Of a stretch of DNA of 64,000 nt, positions 38,901 to 50,778 are shown one piece after another. A program made the position numbers and the translations under genes. The notes under the pieces were generated by a model. It made no database searches. It was given only the letters and a program-made list of their open reading frames with translations, and was not told where the DNA came from. The stretch covers positions 868,001 through 932,000 of the forward strand of contig NW_027140825.1 of NCBI RefSeq assembly GCF_036365525.1, given 5' to 3'. How positions within the stretch are numbered: position 1 is the first letter of the stretch; each line of letters begins with the position of its first letter. The stretch is from Heterodontus francisci (lineage: Eukaryota).

Positions 38901-41900
38901 GACCCGAAACGTTAACTTTGCTTCTCTTTCCACAGATGCTGCCAGACCCGCTGAGTGATTCCAGTATTTCTTGTCCTGCCACATCCAGTCGTGAATGGCA
39001 GAAGACAATTAAACAACTAACTGGAGGAGGTGGCCCCACAAATATCCCCATCCTCAATGATCAGGGAGCCCAGCACATCAGTGCAAAAGATAAGGCTGAA
39101 GCATTTGCAAAAATCTTCAGCCAGAAGTGCTGAGTTGATGATCCATCTCGGCCTTCTCCTGCAATCCCCAGCATCACAGATGTCAGTCTTCAGCCAATTC
39201 GATTCACTCCGCTTGATATCAAGAAATGACTGAAGGCACTGGATACTGCAAAGGCTATGGGCCCTGACAATATCCCGGAAGTAGTACTGAAGACCTGTGC
39301 TCCAGAACTTGTTGCATCCTTAGCCAAGCTGTTCCAGTACAGCTACAACACTGGCATCTACCCTGCAATGTGGAAAACTGCCCAGGCATGTCCTGTGCAT
39401 AAAAAGCAGGACAAGTCAAAGCAGGGCAAGTTCAAGCCACCCAATTACCGTCCCATCAGTCTACTCTCTATCATCAGTAAAATGATGGAAGGTGTCGTTG
39501 ACAGTGCTATCAAGCGGCACTTACTCAGCAATTACCTGTTCAGTGATGGTCAGTTTGGGTTCCGCCGGGGTCACTCAGCTCCTGACCTCATTACAGTGTG
39601 GTTCAAACATTGACAAAAGAGCTGAACTCAAGAGGTGAGGTGAGAGTGACTGCCCTTCACATAGAGTCTGTCAGGATCCTGCTGCTGTGTCTGACACTCA
39701 CCAGAAAACCTGAATCTCCTCAATTGCAGACCTGACAGAATACTACCCAGACATGCCAGCCCTCTCTCCAGACAGTGAGCGCATGTTTCAGTTCCCTAGA
39801 GTTTTAGTGAAGAGTTCACTCTGTTTTACAGATCCTTTATTCACTGTGTCCCTTACAAAAAGGAGGGCAGTGAGTAAACTGTCTCATTCCCATGGGTGAC
39901 ACGGGACATCCCAGAATCACCCATCTGCACCATATACAAACAGCAATCTACCTGTACAATAAGCAGCGTTACAGTCGGGTGGAGGCTTCAACTCATAAAC
40001 AAAATAACTGCTGCAGTTTTTGATCTTTATTTCCTGGGTCCAGTGACAGCGATTTCCAGCCTTGTTAAAACAAACTGTCCTCGTTACTTCCCCCTGTCCC
40101 ACACTGGGATGGGAACCTGAAATGAGAGTTTATGAATATTGAAGAAAGTAACCCACGTGAACAGTGCTGGACAGTGAATGTAAATCTGATATTTTAAAGA
40201 CGGAAATTACCCTGTAACCAGCCTGTGGCACGTGTGGAGCAGTGAAAATCTGGGACAACAGTGTCCGGAATCTTCCATCCACCAGAACTGAAACAATAAT
40301 CACAGAGTCAGTCCCTGAACTGATGGTAAATATTAACTGTTAGAGAGACTGGTAACAACAGATAGTGCCAGAAACTGGGGGAAATCCATTACTCCTCCCT
40401 CATTAACTGATTTACCCAGAATTTGTTCCTTTACATTACCTTTTAAATCTGTACCATCCTTGAGCAAGATTATCATCACACTTCTCCTGACCGGAGCCCA
40501 CAGTGACATTACAATCGATGCTCCTCCAGGGCTGGTCCAGGACTGTGTGATTTACACACGGGTCAGTGAGTGTGGAGTCTGTGACTGAGTGACAGAAAGA
40601 TGTTTAATGTTAATATAAAGTACAGTTAATGTTACACAGCGCCTTGTACCCTCCCGAAATACCAATAATCTCAGTTTCACCCTCCGCCCTGGGCAAAGCC
40701 CCGCAGATTAAAGATGGAAAATGTCCTCCTTCTCTAAACTGGGTTTCCATCTGTCTCCCAGCTCAGCCTCCCCCTCTAACTCACTGCTCACAGACAGTCC
40801 TCCCTATTCTAGATTAACCACCAGCTCTCAGGTAACAGAAAGCAGTAAATATCTCAGCTTCACTTCATCCCAGCAGGAAAGATGTAAAGTGGAGGAGGAG
40901 CGAGAACTGCCAGGTGGAGCACAAGCGACCCAGTGTGACTGGTGGGTCCTGCAGAGGGAACGTGTAGTCTCAAAACCAACAACAACCTGCGTTTATGTAC
41001 TGCCTTTGATGTAATAAAATGTCCCAAAGCACTTCATCGGTGTGTTACCATCCCGAACTGACACTGATCCACAGAAGCAGCTGGTCGGGCAGGTGGCCAA
41101 ATGCTATGTCAAATAGGTAGGTTTTAAGGAGTGTCTGAAAGGAGGAAAGAGAGGTGGAGAGACGGAGAAGTTGAGGGAGAGAATTCCATAGCGTTAAGCC
41201 TCGGCAGGTGAAGGCACAGCTGCCAATGGTGGAAGGGATTCGAATCGGGAATACTCAAGAGGCCTCAATTAGAGGAGCGCAGAGATCTCCGAGGGTTGTG
41301 GGGCTGGAGATGATTTCAGCGGTAGGGAACGGCGAGGTGATAGAAGGATCTGGAAACGATTGTGAGAATATTGAAATCCAGGCCTTGCTGAACCGGGAGC
41401 CAGTGTAGGTCAGTGAGCACGGAGATGAAAGGTGAACTGGACTTGGGCAGTATCATACTGGATGACCAAAATGTACAGAAGGTGGAATGTGAGAGATCAG
41501 CCAGGAGATCTTTGGAATAGTCAAGTCTAGAGGTACCAAAGTACTGCTAAAGGGTTTGAGCAGCAGAGAAGTTGCAAGAGCCAAGTCAGGAATACTGTTT
41601 CTGATCATCCTTCTCGAATTGTCGGCAGTCTTTGACACAATTCACCACACTATCCATCGCCAACACCTCTCCTTCCATGTCCAGCTGGGTGGAACTGCTC
41701 TGGCCTATTTCCACTCAACCCAGTCTAGTCTCAGCCAGAGAATCTCCTGCAGTGTCTTCCCTACCCACTCCAGCACTGCTACCTCTAGCGTACCCCGAGA
41801 ATCTATCTTGTCCCTCTCCAATTTCTCATCAGCTTCTGACTGTGCCCAGCTTCCTTCCCTGTCGCCTCCTCATCACAAGGACATCCAATTACAACCTCCG

Positions 41901-42549
41901 TAATATCCACCATCACAGATTTTGCCTCAGCCAATCCTCTACCAAAAACCCTCTACCTTCTGGAGAATCAAATCTTCTAATCCACTCCTGGCCAGCCTCC
42001 CAGCTTCCACTTTCCAGAAGTCAGGTCTCCTCCAACACACTGCTGTTGCATGTTATCTTGCAGAAAGTTTAAGTCATACATCAGCCCTGTGCTCTCTGAC
42101 CCACATTGGTTCACAGCTGCAAACGCCTTTGATGTACAACTTCCATCTTCCTGTTCAAATTCTTTCATGACCTCTCCCGCCCTCTCCCACCACATTTCTG
42201 TAATCTTCACCAACTCTCTGTTTCTCTGACCCAAGCCTCCTGTATAAATTCCCTCCACTCCCTTTCCTCCAGCAGTGTCTGATGTGGCTTCAAGATGTCT
42301 AGCCTCCTAAACCTTTCTGCCTCTCCACCTCCGTCTGCTCTTTTAAACTAACAGTCAGCCCTCCAATCATCTCCTTCCCTGCCGTGTGTCAGACATTTCT
42401 TCAATCAGATTTCTGTGGAACATCTTGGGAGATTTTTCTATGTAACGGTTTGAATAAACACAGCTTGTTCTAGTTGTACTGGGGGTGAACTTTGTCGAGA
42501 ATGAAAGTTACTCACTCAGGTAACCCAGAATGATCAGCCGAGTCCACAT
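29975..42549 (-). CDS. GP2/uromodulin-like secreted protein with two tandem D8C (D10C) domains and no ZP domain; ~398 aa; proposed coding exons 42516-42549, 40440-40584, 40211-40287, 39952-40116, 37004-37148, 36775-36851, 36519-36680, 36020-36115, 31948-32001, 31754-31813, 30775-30860, 29975-30070
   Basis: Hand-spliced GT/AG exons with compatible phases give MWTRLIILGYL-ITDSTLT-DPCVNHTVLDQPWRS..CDDNLAQGWYRFKSSGGWKIP..HCST..TGWL.GSHPSVGQGEVTRTVC...C....IKIKNCSSYFVYELK...C.AAYCT (x2), then stalk DPETVVTEEPEEQTTREST.., then DTKYKRINVKITSMTDLDDETAKRIVVERMKHMFQ..CSACEPVEV*. D8C exons are firm; the 3' exons are less certain. Confidence 0.78.
32560..33385 (+). mobile_element. CR1-like LINE fragment (intronic)
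   Basis: ADDTK..WQMKF...CEVIHFGR; QRRFTRMVPGM..LGLFSLEKRRLR. Confidence 0.85.
33415..33505 (-). pseudogene. Decayed duplicate of the stalk exon
   Basis: QESEEQSTRESTEVSSTT resembles EEPEEQTTRESTRGSSST (36020-36115); its 5' side abuts the minisatellite and its end is out of phase. Confidence 0.55.
33510..35930. repeat. ~23-bp minisatellite (CTCCCCTCAGTCACTGYATCMCA), ~2.4 kb
   Basis: Tandem units visible; source of the many spurious S/H/P-rich ORFs. Confidence 0.95.
36519..37148 (-). CDS. D8C domain 2 (three exons)
   Basis: Same exon sizes and phases (145/77/162 nt) and same motifs as domain 1. Confidence 0.9.
37258..38310. repeat. Second array of the ~23-bp minisatellite
   Basis: Same unit, in the intron between the two D8C domains. 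Confidence 0.95.
38320..39662 (+). mobile_element. CR1/L2-clade LINE ORF2 fragment (endonuclease end to RT start), interrupted at ~38880-38975 by a Penelope-like piece
   Basis: RGENILDFILTN..SDH; GPDNIP..LK.CAPEL..; NYRPISLLSIISK.ME; QFGFRRGHS. Confidence 0.9.
39952..40584 (-). CDS. D8C domain 1 (three exons)
   Basis: DPCVNHT..GWYRF / GGWKIPDT..C..GWLQG / HPSVGQGEVTRTVCF..CHW..IKIKNC..YFVYEL.PPPDCNAAYCT. Confidence 0.9.
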
Positions 42550-44079
42550 CTTACTGGTGAGATTCTGGAAAGGGAAACACAAGACAAACATTTGAGAGAG
42601 ATTACCGAGTCGGGAAATTGGAGGGAATATTAAATAGGGAGTTGCCGAGCAGTTCGTCAGTATATCTGTTTTAGAGAGGTGAGCTCCATCTAATTATCTC
42701 TCTCTCACTGGGGCTCTTACAGACAGAGGTGAGCTCAGCTACATGTTCTTGTTAAACATCAGGAACTTGACTCCAATCCTTCACCCTTTCCACTCTCCAA
42801 AGCTTTTATGAATAAACCACATGTGTTCCTGACTCTCTCCTCCAGGTCTGTCTCCTGCATCCCTGAAACAAACCTCTTTGAATTTCTGACAAAGGTTATT
42901 CAGGAAGATGGTGTTGTTTCAGGAGAAGCAGGACACACACCCCCTGGGTCAACACCGAGCAAGTGACAAACTCCTTTGCTTTTTCTAACAGTCCTCCCAT
43001 ACCCGACTGCTTACCAGAGTCTCCAATGGAGGTGTCACTGGGTGGGAGATGTTGTCGGTTCAGTTCCAGCTGCTTGCTCCTCAGTCTCGGGTCCACTCTG
43101 CTGTGAACAGTGTCAGTCTCAGTGTCAGCTCCAACTCCTATATACACCACGACGGATTGACTGCAGTGCTGGTTGGCTGAAATATTAACATTTAGTAATG
43201 ATGAATGACATTACATAATCTATGCAAACGAAGGCCTTTTGGTTAAAGTAGCTGCCATAATAAACCAAATTAATATTTCTCCTGGGACCATGCTAACCCA
43301 CGGGGATTTGCTGTTGTAACATAACTTGTCTTCAGTTACCCAACAGAGAGTGTGTAGGGAGATTGGAGCCTGGGGCTGGGACTCTGAATATTATAGATAG
43401 TATTTGCCAGTTGGCTGTGTATATTTGATCTTTCATAGGCATTAAGTATTAGGGAGAGAATATTCACAGGAGACATGCCTCTCTTATCAGTAGTGGGTCA
43501 GTATTGGGGGGATGATGAGAGGGGGCAGAGAAACAAGATGTTCCGGAGAGACAAATGATCGGACATCCATTTTCCTCCTTGAGGTCGTTGGGGTTAAAGT
43601 AAATGATTCTGTTTTTCAGAATATAGTCACAGAATGAGAACAATGAAATCCTCACATCAGCGACAGTGATACCATCTCCGAAATAGCACAGATACAGCGT
43701 TAGTAACACATACAAACCAGAATGAGGAGGACATAAATTTCTCAGTGAGAGAGTGTTTGAGTATTCAGGACATGGGATATTGTGAGGGGTCCCTGACCAA
43801 ATGTTAATGTCTCAGTCACTGAATGCTCCTCACCTGCTAACATTGGGATAGCAGTGGGCTTCAGGTATAAACTTCAGTACAAGAACCACCCAGGATGTTG
43901 ATTTATGGAAGCAAAAGTGTTGTATGTAAACTTTATAGAGTTACTGGCAGACCATTGTCCATGACTGACCGAATAATAATAAGCAGGTAATTTTTCCCAG
44001 ATATGGGTGGGATTAGTCTTTGATATGTTTGATTTTGACTGAAAGAATGAGGAGAGATGAAACAAAACAATTTGTGAAG

Positions 44080-44710
44080 TGGTGCAAGAACAGAGAGAAC
44101 TGGGGGTGCTTGTGCAGGAATATTTAAAGGTGACAGGGTAGGTTGAGAAAGCGATTAATAAATCATATTACATTCTGGGCTTTGTAAATAGAGAGGTCGA
44201 GTACAAAACTCCGGGAGTCATGCCAAACCTGTATAAAACACCAGTTCGGTCCCTGTTGGAACAATTCTGGGCACCACACTTTGGGAAAGACCTGTCGGCT
44301 TTGGAGAGGATGCAGAAGAAAATTTCTCGGATGGTTCAGTTGGTGAGGAATTTCAGTCAAGTAAAAAGACTGGGCTAGAAAGGGGAGTTCTCCTTAGAGT
44401 AGAGAAGGTTAAGGGGAGATTCGATAGATCACCAGAGGGCACAGCTTTAATGTGATGGGCAAAGGTACCAGAGGTGACATGAGGATAAATGTTTTTTAAT
44501 ATCATGAGTGGTTTGGATTTGGAGGGCAATGTCTGATAGGGTGGTGGAAATTCAATGGTATTATTCAAAAAGGGAATTGGCTCAATACTTGAAGGGGAAT
44601 TAAATGAGGGAATTATGTGTGAAAGTGTGGGGAGTTGGATTAACTGGGTTGATTTTCGAAAGAGATGACAAACCCTCGATGGGCCGAATGGCCTCCCTCT
44701 GTTGGACTAT
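44080..44710 (+). mobile_element. Old CR1-like LINE fragment
   Basis: Degenerate CR1 3' sequence ending in GATGGGCCGAATGGCCT. Confidence 0.65.
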
Positions 44711-46399
44711 TCGAGGATTTGTTTCTGATGGGGTGGGATTCGTCTGTCCCCACATTTCTCTGTTAGATCATTAGCACATTGGGCAGTGCAGTCAGTCCAG
44801 GGTTCTAGATAATATTCCTGTGACAGAATCACAATGTCACTGTCCCCTCAGTAATCACAATCACCTTGAAGCACATTGTTATTCAATGTTACACTGCCTG
44901 TGAAAAGGGGCGTCTGAATGTGCATCTCAGTTCCAACCAGCCCATGTCCAACGCCTCGTCCCTGATAGTTTCCACAGTTTCCATTCTCTCTGGATTGCTG
45001 ATTCTGTCAGTGCCCCTGTGTCCATGCCAGGTTGTCAGATATTCATTCAGTCCCACAATGGGCCCATTAGCTCTTCTGAGCCGGCTTTGATATTTGCATT
45101 CCCTGGGACTAACAGATTTGAATGTTGTGCCGTGTGTCAACTAGGAAAATGTCAACTTTTGCAAAGCAGGAAGCTGTTGTGTTTGTCAAGGACTGAGAAC
45201 AATAGACTCTTCATATCAGAGGCACAGATAAGATCAGCTGAAGGACAAAGATGCACAACTAACAACATAGTCAAACAAACTGAGGAGAGAGAGGGGGTGG
45301 GAGAGAGAGAGGGTTGGGAGTGTGTGTGTGGTGTATGCGTGCATCCAGTCATGCATTGTGGAACGTGTGATTAATGGAAGAAGCTACAATGCAAAGGGTT
45401 TGGAGGTAATGCCACAGTTGTAGGAGGCTCTGGTTAGTCTACATTTGGAATATTGCACACAGTCTGGGCACCTTCCTCAACAAGCAGCTGTTTGCCTGAG
45501 ACCAGATACAGCTGAGATTCACCAGAATGATACTGGGGTTAACACTGAGTACACTCGATGAACAGTGACAATTATCCCTGTTCATGTAACCTCCTCCAGC
45601 CCCTGCAACCCTCCCTCTCTCTGTAACCTCCTCCAGCTCCTCCAATCCTCCCTATGTCTGTATCCTGCTTAAGGTAATGCAACCCTCCCTATCTCCATAA
45701 CCCACTCCAGCCCCCTACAAGCTTCCCTATTTCAGTAACCTCCTCCTGACACGACAACGCTCCCTATCGATGTAACCTCCTCCAGCCCCGACAACCCTCC
45801 CTATCTCTGTTACCTCCTCCAGCCCCGACAATACTCCCTATCTCTGTAACCTTCTCCAGCTCTACAACCCTCTCTATCGCTGTCACCTCCTCCAGACCTG
45901 CAACCCTCCCTCTCTCTGTAACTTCCTCCAGCCCCTACAATACTCCCTATCACTGTAACCTCCTCCAGCCCTACAACCCTCCCTATCTCTGTAACCTCCT
46001 CCGGGCAATACAACAAATACAACAAAAACCTCAGCACGAAAAGCATCAACAAATTCAACAACAGCCTCAGCGAGGGAAAACACCAACAAATTCAGAAGCA
46101 ACGTTGGCAAAAAAAAGCTCACCAACCAATGTCAGGAGGAGAAAAAAACACCAACAGAATTCAAGAAGTGCGTCAGGAGAAGAAAAGCAACAAACACAAT
46201 TTCAGCAGGTGAAAAACAGCAGCAGATGCAACAACATGTTGAATCTGCACGGTCCTCCTTACCAACATTTCGGGCCTTGTGCCAAGGTTGGGAGAGCTGT
46301 CAAGCAACAACCTGACATAGTCATACTCAGGGAATCATGCCTTTCAGACAATGTCACAGAGCTCGCTATCGCCATCCCCGAGTACGTCCTGTTCCACCA

Positions 46400-47345
46400 T
46401 CTCCAACGGCTTCATAAATGAAATTCCCTTCAATCATAAGGTCAGAGTGGGGATGTTCACTGATGATTTCACAATGTTCAGCATCATTCGCGACAGCTCA
46501 GATTCTGAAGCAGCCTGTGTTCAGATGTAGCAAGACCTGGACAACATCCAGGCTTGGGCTGATAAGTGGCAAGTAACATTCGCGCCACACAAGTGCCAGG
46601 CATTGACCATCTACAACAGGAGAGAATATAACCATCTCCCTTTGACATTCAATGGCATTACCATCGCTGAATCTCCCACTATCAACATCCTGGGTATTGC
46701 CATTGAACAGAATCTGAACTGGAGTAGCCGTATAAATACTGTGGCTACAAGAGCAGGTCAGAGGCTAGGAATCCTGCGGCGAGTAACTCACCTCCTGACT
46801 CCCCAAAGCCTGTTACCCATCTACAAGGCACAAGTCAGGAGTGTGATGGAATACTGTCCATTTGCCTGGATGGGTGCAGCTCCAACAACACTCAAGAAGC
46901 TCGACACCGTCCAGGACAAAGCAGCCCGCTTGATTTTCACCCCATCTACAAACATTCACTCCCTCCACCACTGATGCTCAGTGTCAGCAGTGTGTACCAT
47001 CTACAAGATGCAATGCAGCAATGAACCAAGGCTCCCTCCGTCAACACCTTACAAACCCGCAACCTCTACCACCTAGAAGGACAAGGGCAGCAGATGCATG
47101 GGAACACCACCACTTGCAGGTTCCCCTCCAAGTCACACACCATCCTGACTTGGAAGTATATCGGCCGTTCCTTCACTAACTTTGGGTCAAAATCCTGGAA
47201 CTCCCTTCCGAACAGCACTGTGGGTGTACCCACCCAACATGGACTGCAGCGGTTCAAGAAGGCAGCTCACCAAAACCTTCTCAATGGGCAATTAGGGATG
47301 GACAATAATTGTTGGCCTCAACCAGCATCGCCCAAAATCCCATGA
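46400..47345 (+). mobile_element. CR1/L2-clade LINE 3' end
   Basis: ORF 46603-46974 (ILG...NLNW...I..VA.RA.QRLGILRR..IYKAQVRSVMEYC) followed by 3' UTR. Confidence 0.9.
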
Positions 47346-47821
47346 ATGAGTTAAAAAACAGAAAATAACCTCAGCAGGGGAAAAACTCCAAAATAAAACA
47401 ACAACCTCAACGTAAAAAAAATTCAACAACTTAAGCAGGGAAGGAAACAAGAAGTACAACAAAAACCTCAGCAGGGAAAACACCAACAAAAACAACAACT
47501 ACCTCATCAGGAGAACAGCGCCAACAAATTCAACAACAGATCAGCAGGAGATTCAAACACCAACAAGTTCAACAACCTCAGTTGGAGAAAAACACCAGCA
47601 AATACAACAACAAATACAACAACAACTTCAAAATTATACCAACAAATGCAACAACAACTACTGGCAGCCAATGGGAGAGAGAGGGGCGTGGGTTTCCCAT
47701 CAGGGAGGGGGGTGTTGTGCAAACCTGAATCACTTGCTTGAATCTTCATGTGGCTTCTCACAAGACTCAACTCTCTTCTTTCCACTGATTTTCCAATTGC
47801 AGGATAAGCTTCCAGTGGAAG

Positions 47822-48050
47822 ATGCATCTGTTACTGAGTCTCATGGTCTTATTTCAAAATAATGTTTTACTCCCCAGCTGTACCAAGTGTGATTTCAGAG
47901 GGGACGGTGGGGTGTTTCAGCGCCAAGTGACCGACTGACGCCCAGTTCAACCTGGAGTCCTCCAGCCTGTGGGAGAATCACTCGGCCATGCATTGCTGTG
48001 CCTGGAGTCTGCACAGTGACTCAGAGAGATGGAGCAGTTCAACAAAAACA
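47822..48050 (+). pseudogene. TRBV: CAWS-family V pseudogene with intron and 5' half of V deleted; RSS 48012-48050 intact
   Basis: Leader ...TTTCAAA fused to ATGTTTTACTCC (MFYS); TGA in V frame; ends HCCAWSL then CACAGTG-23-ACAAAAACA. Confidence 0.85.
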
Positions 48051-50451
48051 CCAACAGAAACACCTGTTTCAGATAAAAGCCTGCAGCTCTGTATCCTGTT
48101 GGGTTTACCTACTGCAGTGTGAACATGTCTTCGACATGAAGAAGACACAGATAGATGTTCAGGGATGATACGAGAAGTGAGAGGTTATAATGATCAGGAA
48201 AAGACTGAACAGACTGGGGCTCTTTTCTCTAGAAAAGAGAAGGCTGAGGAGTGACCTGATCGAGATATTTAAGATTATGAAAGGGGTCTTGATCAGATAA
48301 ATGTAGAGAAAAATGTTTGCATTTGCGGGTGAGACCAGTAAAAACGGGGCAGGTGCGTCAATATAATACAGTCACCAATACATCCAATTGGAAATTTGAG
48401 AGAAACATCTTCACCCAGAGAGTGGGGAGAATGTGGAACTCAGTACCACAGGATGAAAGGAATAGGGAAGATGTATTTAAGCTGGGGGGGAGGGGGGCAG
48501 TTGGATAGGACATGAGGGAGAGAGGAACAGAAGGAGATGTGGCTGGGGGCGAGATGAAGAGGGCGTGGAACGACGTTCGTGTGGACCAAAAAGGTCGGCA
48601 AGGACGTGTCGGGCTGTAAATTCATTGCAGCTGGAGCGAAGAGCAGGAACACCAACACTGTGGGACTAGTCAGTGGAGCTGGGGACTGACTCCTGGGTGA
48701 GGAGCAGCTTTTCTTTGTAATCTTTATCTAAACCTGTCACAATCTTGTACACCTCTATCAGGTCTCCACGCAATCTCAGTTTCTCCAGGGAGAACAACCC
48801 CAGCTTCTCCAACCTAACCTTGTAACTAAAATCCTCCATTCCTGGAACCATTCTGGTAAATCTCCTCTGCACCCTCTCAAGGAACCTCACCTCCTTCCTA
48901 AAGTGTGGTGACCAGAACTGGATGCAATTTTGCAGTTGTGGCCTAACCAGAGCTTTATAAAGGTTCAGCATAACTTCCCAGTTTTTGCACTCAATGGCTC
49001 TATTTATGAAGCCCAAGATCTCGCATGTTTTGCTATTCCCATATTCTTTGCTACTGTTTCGAAGTACGGCCACTGCTGTAATGTAGGAACAGTGGCAGCC
49101 ACTTTCTAAAAGGCAAGATCCCATGAACAGACAACGTGCAGATCCTGCTGAAGTTGTTGTTGACTTTGTTGGTGTTTTCTCCCGCTGAAGTTGTTGACTT
49201 TGTTGCTGTTTTTCCTGTTGAGTTTGTTGTTGAATTTGTTGGCATTTTTCCTGTTGAGTTTGTTGTTGAACTTGGAGGTGTTTTTCTCCTGTTAAAGTTG
49301 TTGTTGAATTTGTTGGTATTTTCCCATTTGAATTTGTTGTTGAACTTGTTGGTGCTTTTCCTGTTGAAGTTGTTGTTGAATTTGTTGGTACTTTTTCCTC
49401 TTTAAGTTGTTGGATTTATTTGTGCTATTTCCTGTTGAGGTTGTTGTTGAATTTGTTTGTGTCTTTCTTGTTGAGGTTGTTATTGAATTTATTGTTGTTT
49501 TTCTTTCCTCCTGTTGAAGTTATTGTTCAATTTGTTCGTATTTTTATTCTGCTGCCGTTGTTTTTGTATTTTGTGGGGGGGGGGGGGGTTTCTCCTCCAG
49601 GGGAACAGCAGACTTCACCAATATTGATTTTTTAAAAAGGTTAACATTGTTCAGTAAAATTGTTTCTTGGCTCTCTCTCTTCATGTCTGTTTCTCTCTCT
49701 CTGTTGCTCTTGTTACCTTTCCTCTCTCACACATTCTCATTCTCTCTCTTTATCACTGTCTCTCCTTCCTTCTCTCATTTCCTCTCTGCTCTGTTGCTCT
49801 TTCTGTCTCTCACACACGCACCCAATCTCATTCTCTCTCTTTATCTCACTCTCTTCTTTCCTTCCCCTCTCTTTCCCGCCTCTCATTTCCTTGCTTATTC
49901 TTGCTGTCTGTCTCCATTTCACTCTCACACACACTCACTCTTATTCTCTCTCTCTCTCTCATTAATTCTTACAATCTCCTCTCATTTTCAGCCTCTGTGT
50001 CGCTCTGTCTCTGTCTCTCCCTGTCTTTCTGTACACCTCCTATTGCCTCATTCTCTCTATCTGTCACTCGTTCTCTCAATCTCTCTCTCTCTCTCTCTCT
50101 TTCGAACTAATTTTCCCTGAATCATTCCATCTCTCAGTGGCTTTGTTGATCAGTCTGTCTCTCTCTCTCTGTCTTTGCCTCACTCTACCTCTCCCTTGCT
50201 CCCTCTCAGCTGTCCTCTCTCTCTCACTCGTTCTTTATCTCTCCCTATGTGGGTTTCCCTGGGATGGCCTCTGCCTGTCCAGCTCTGTTGCCCTCTAAGA
50301 TTTTGTTGGTATGATGTGGCCAGAGGGTGCTCTGTATGGAATGCAATGCCAGCGACAGTGGTTATTCAACATTGTCTGCAGTTTCCACAGTAGCGGGGCG
50401 GTTTGATCACATTGCTTATAACGAGCCTCCTCCTCTGAAACGAATCTCACA

Positions 50452-50778
50452 GATCCAGCCTCACAGCTCCAGCGACCCGGGTTCAATTCTGGGTACTGCC
50501 TGTGTGGAGTTTGCAAGTTCTCCCTGTGTCTGCGTGGGTTTCCTCCGGGTGCTCCGGTTTCCTCCCACATGCCAAAGACTTGCTGGTTGATAGGTTAATT
50601 GGCCATTATATATTTGCCCCTTGTATAGGTAGGTGGTAGGGGAATATAGGGACAGGTGGGAATGTGGTAGGAATATGGAATTAGTATCGGATTCGTATAA
50701 ATGGGTGGTTGATGGTCGGCACAGACTCGGTGGGCAGAAGGGCCTGTTTCAGTGCTGTTTCTCTAAACTAAAGCAAAC
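50452..50778 (+). mobile_element. HE1/V-SINE family element
   Basis: GACCCGGGTTCAATT B-box and V-domain GTGTGGAGTTTGCA..GTGTCTGCGTGGGTTTCCTCCGGGTGCTCCGGTTTCCTCCCACA; absent at this site in cassettes A and C. Confidence 0.85.
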
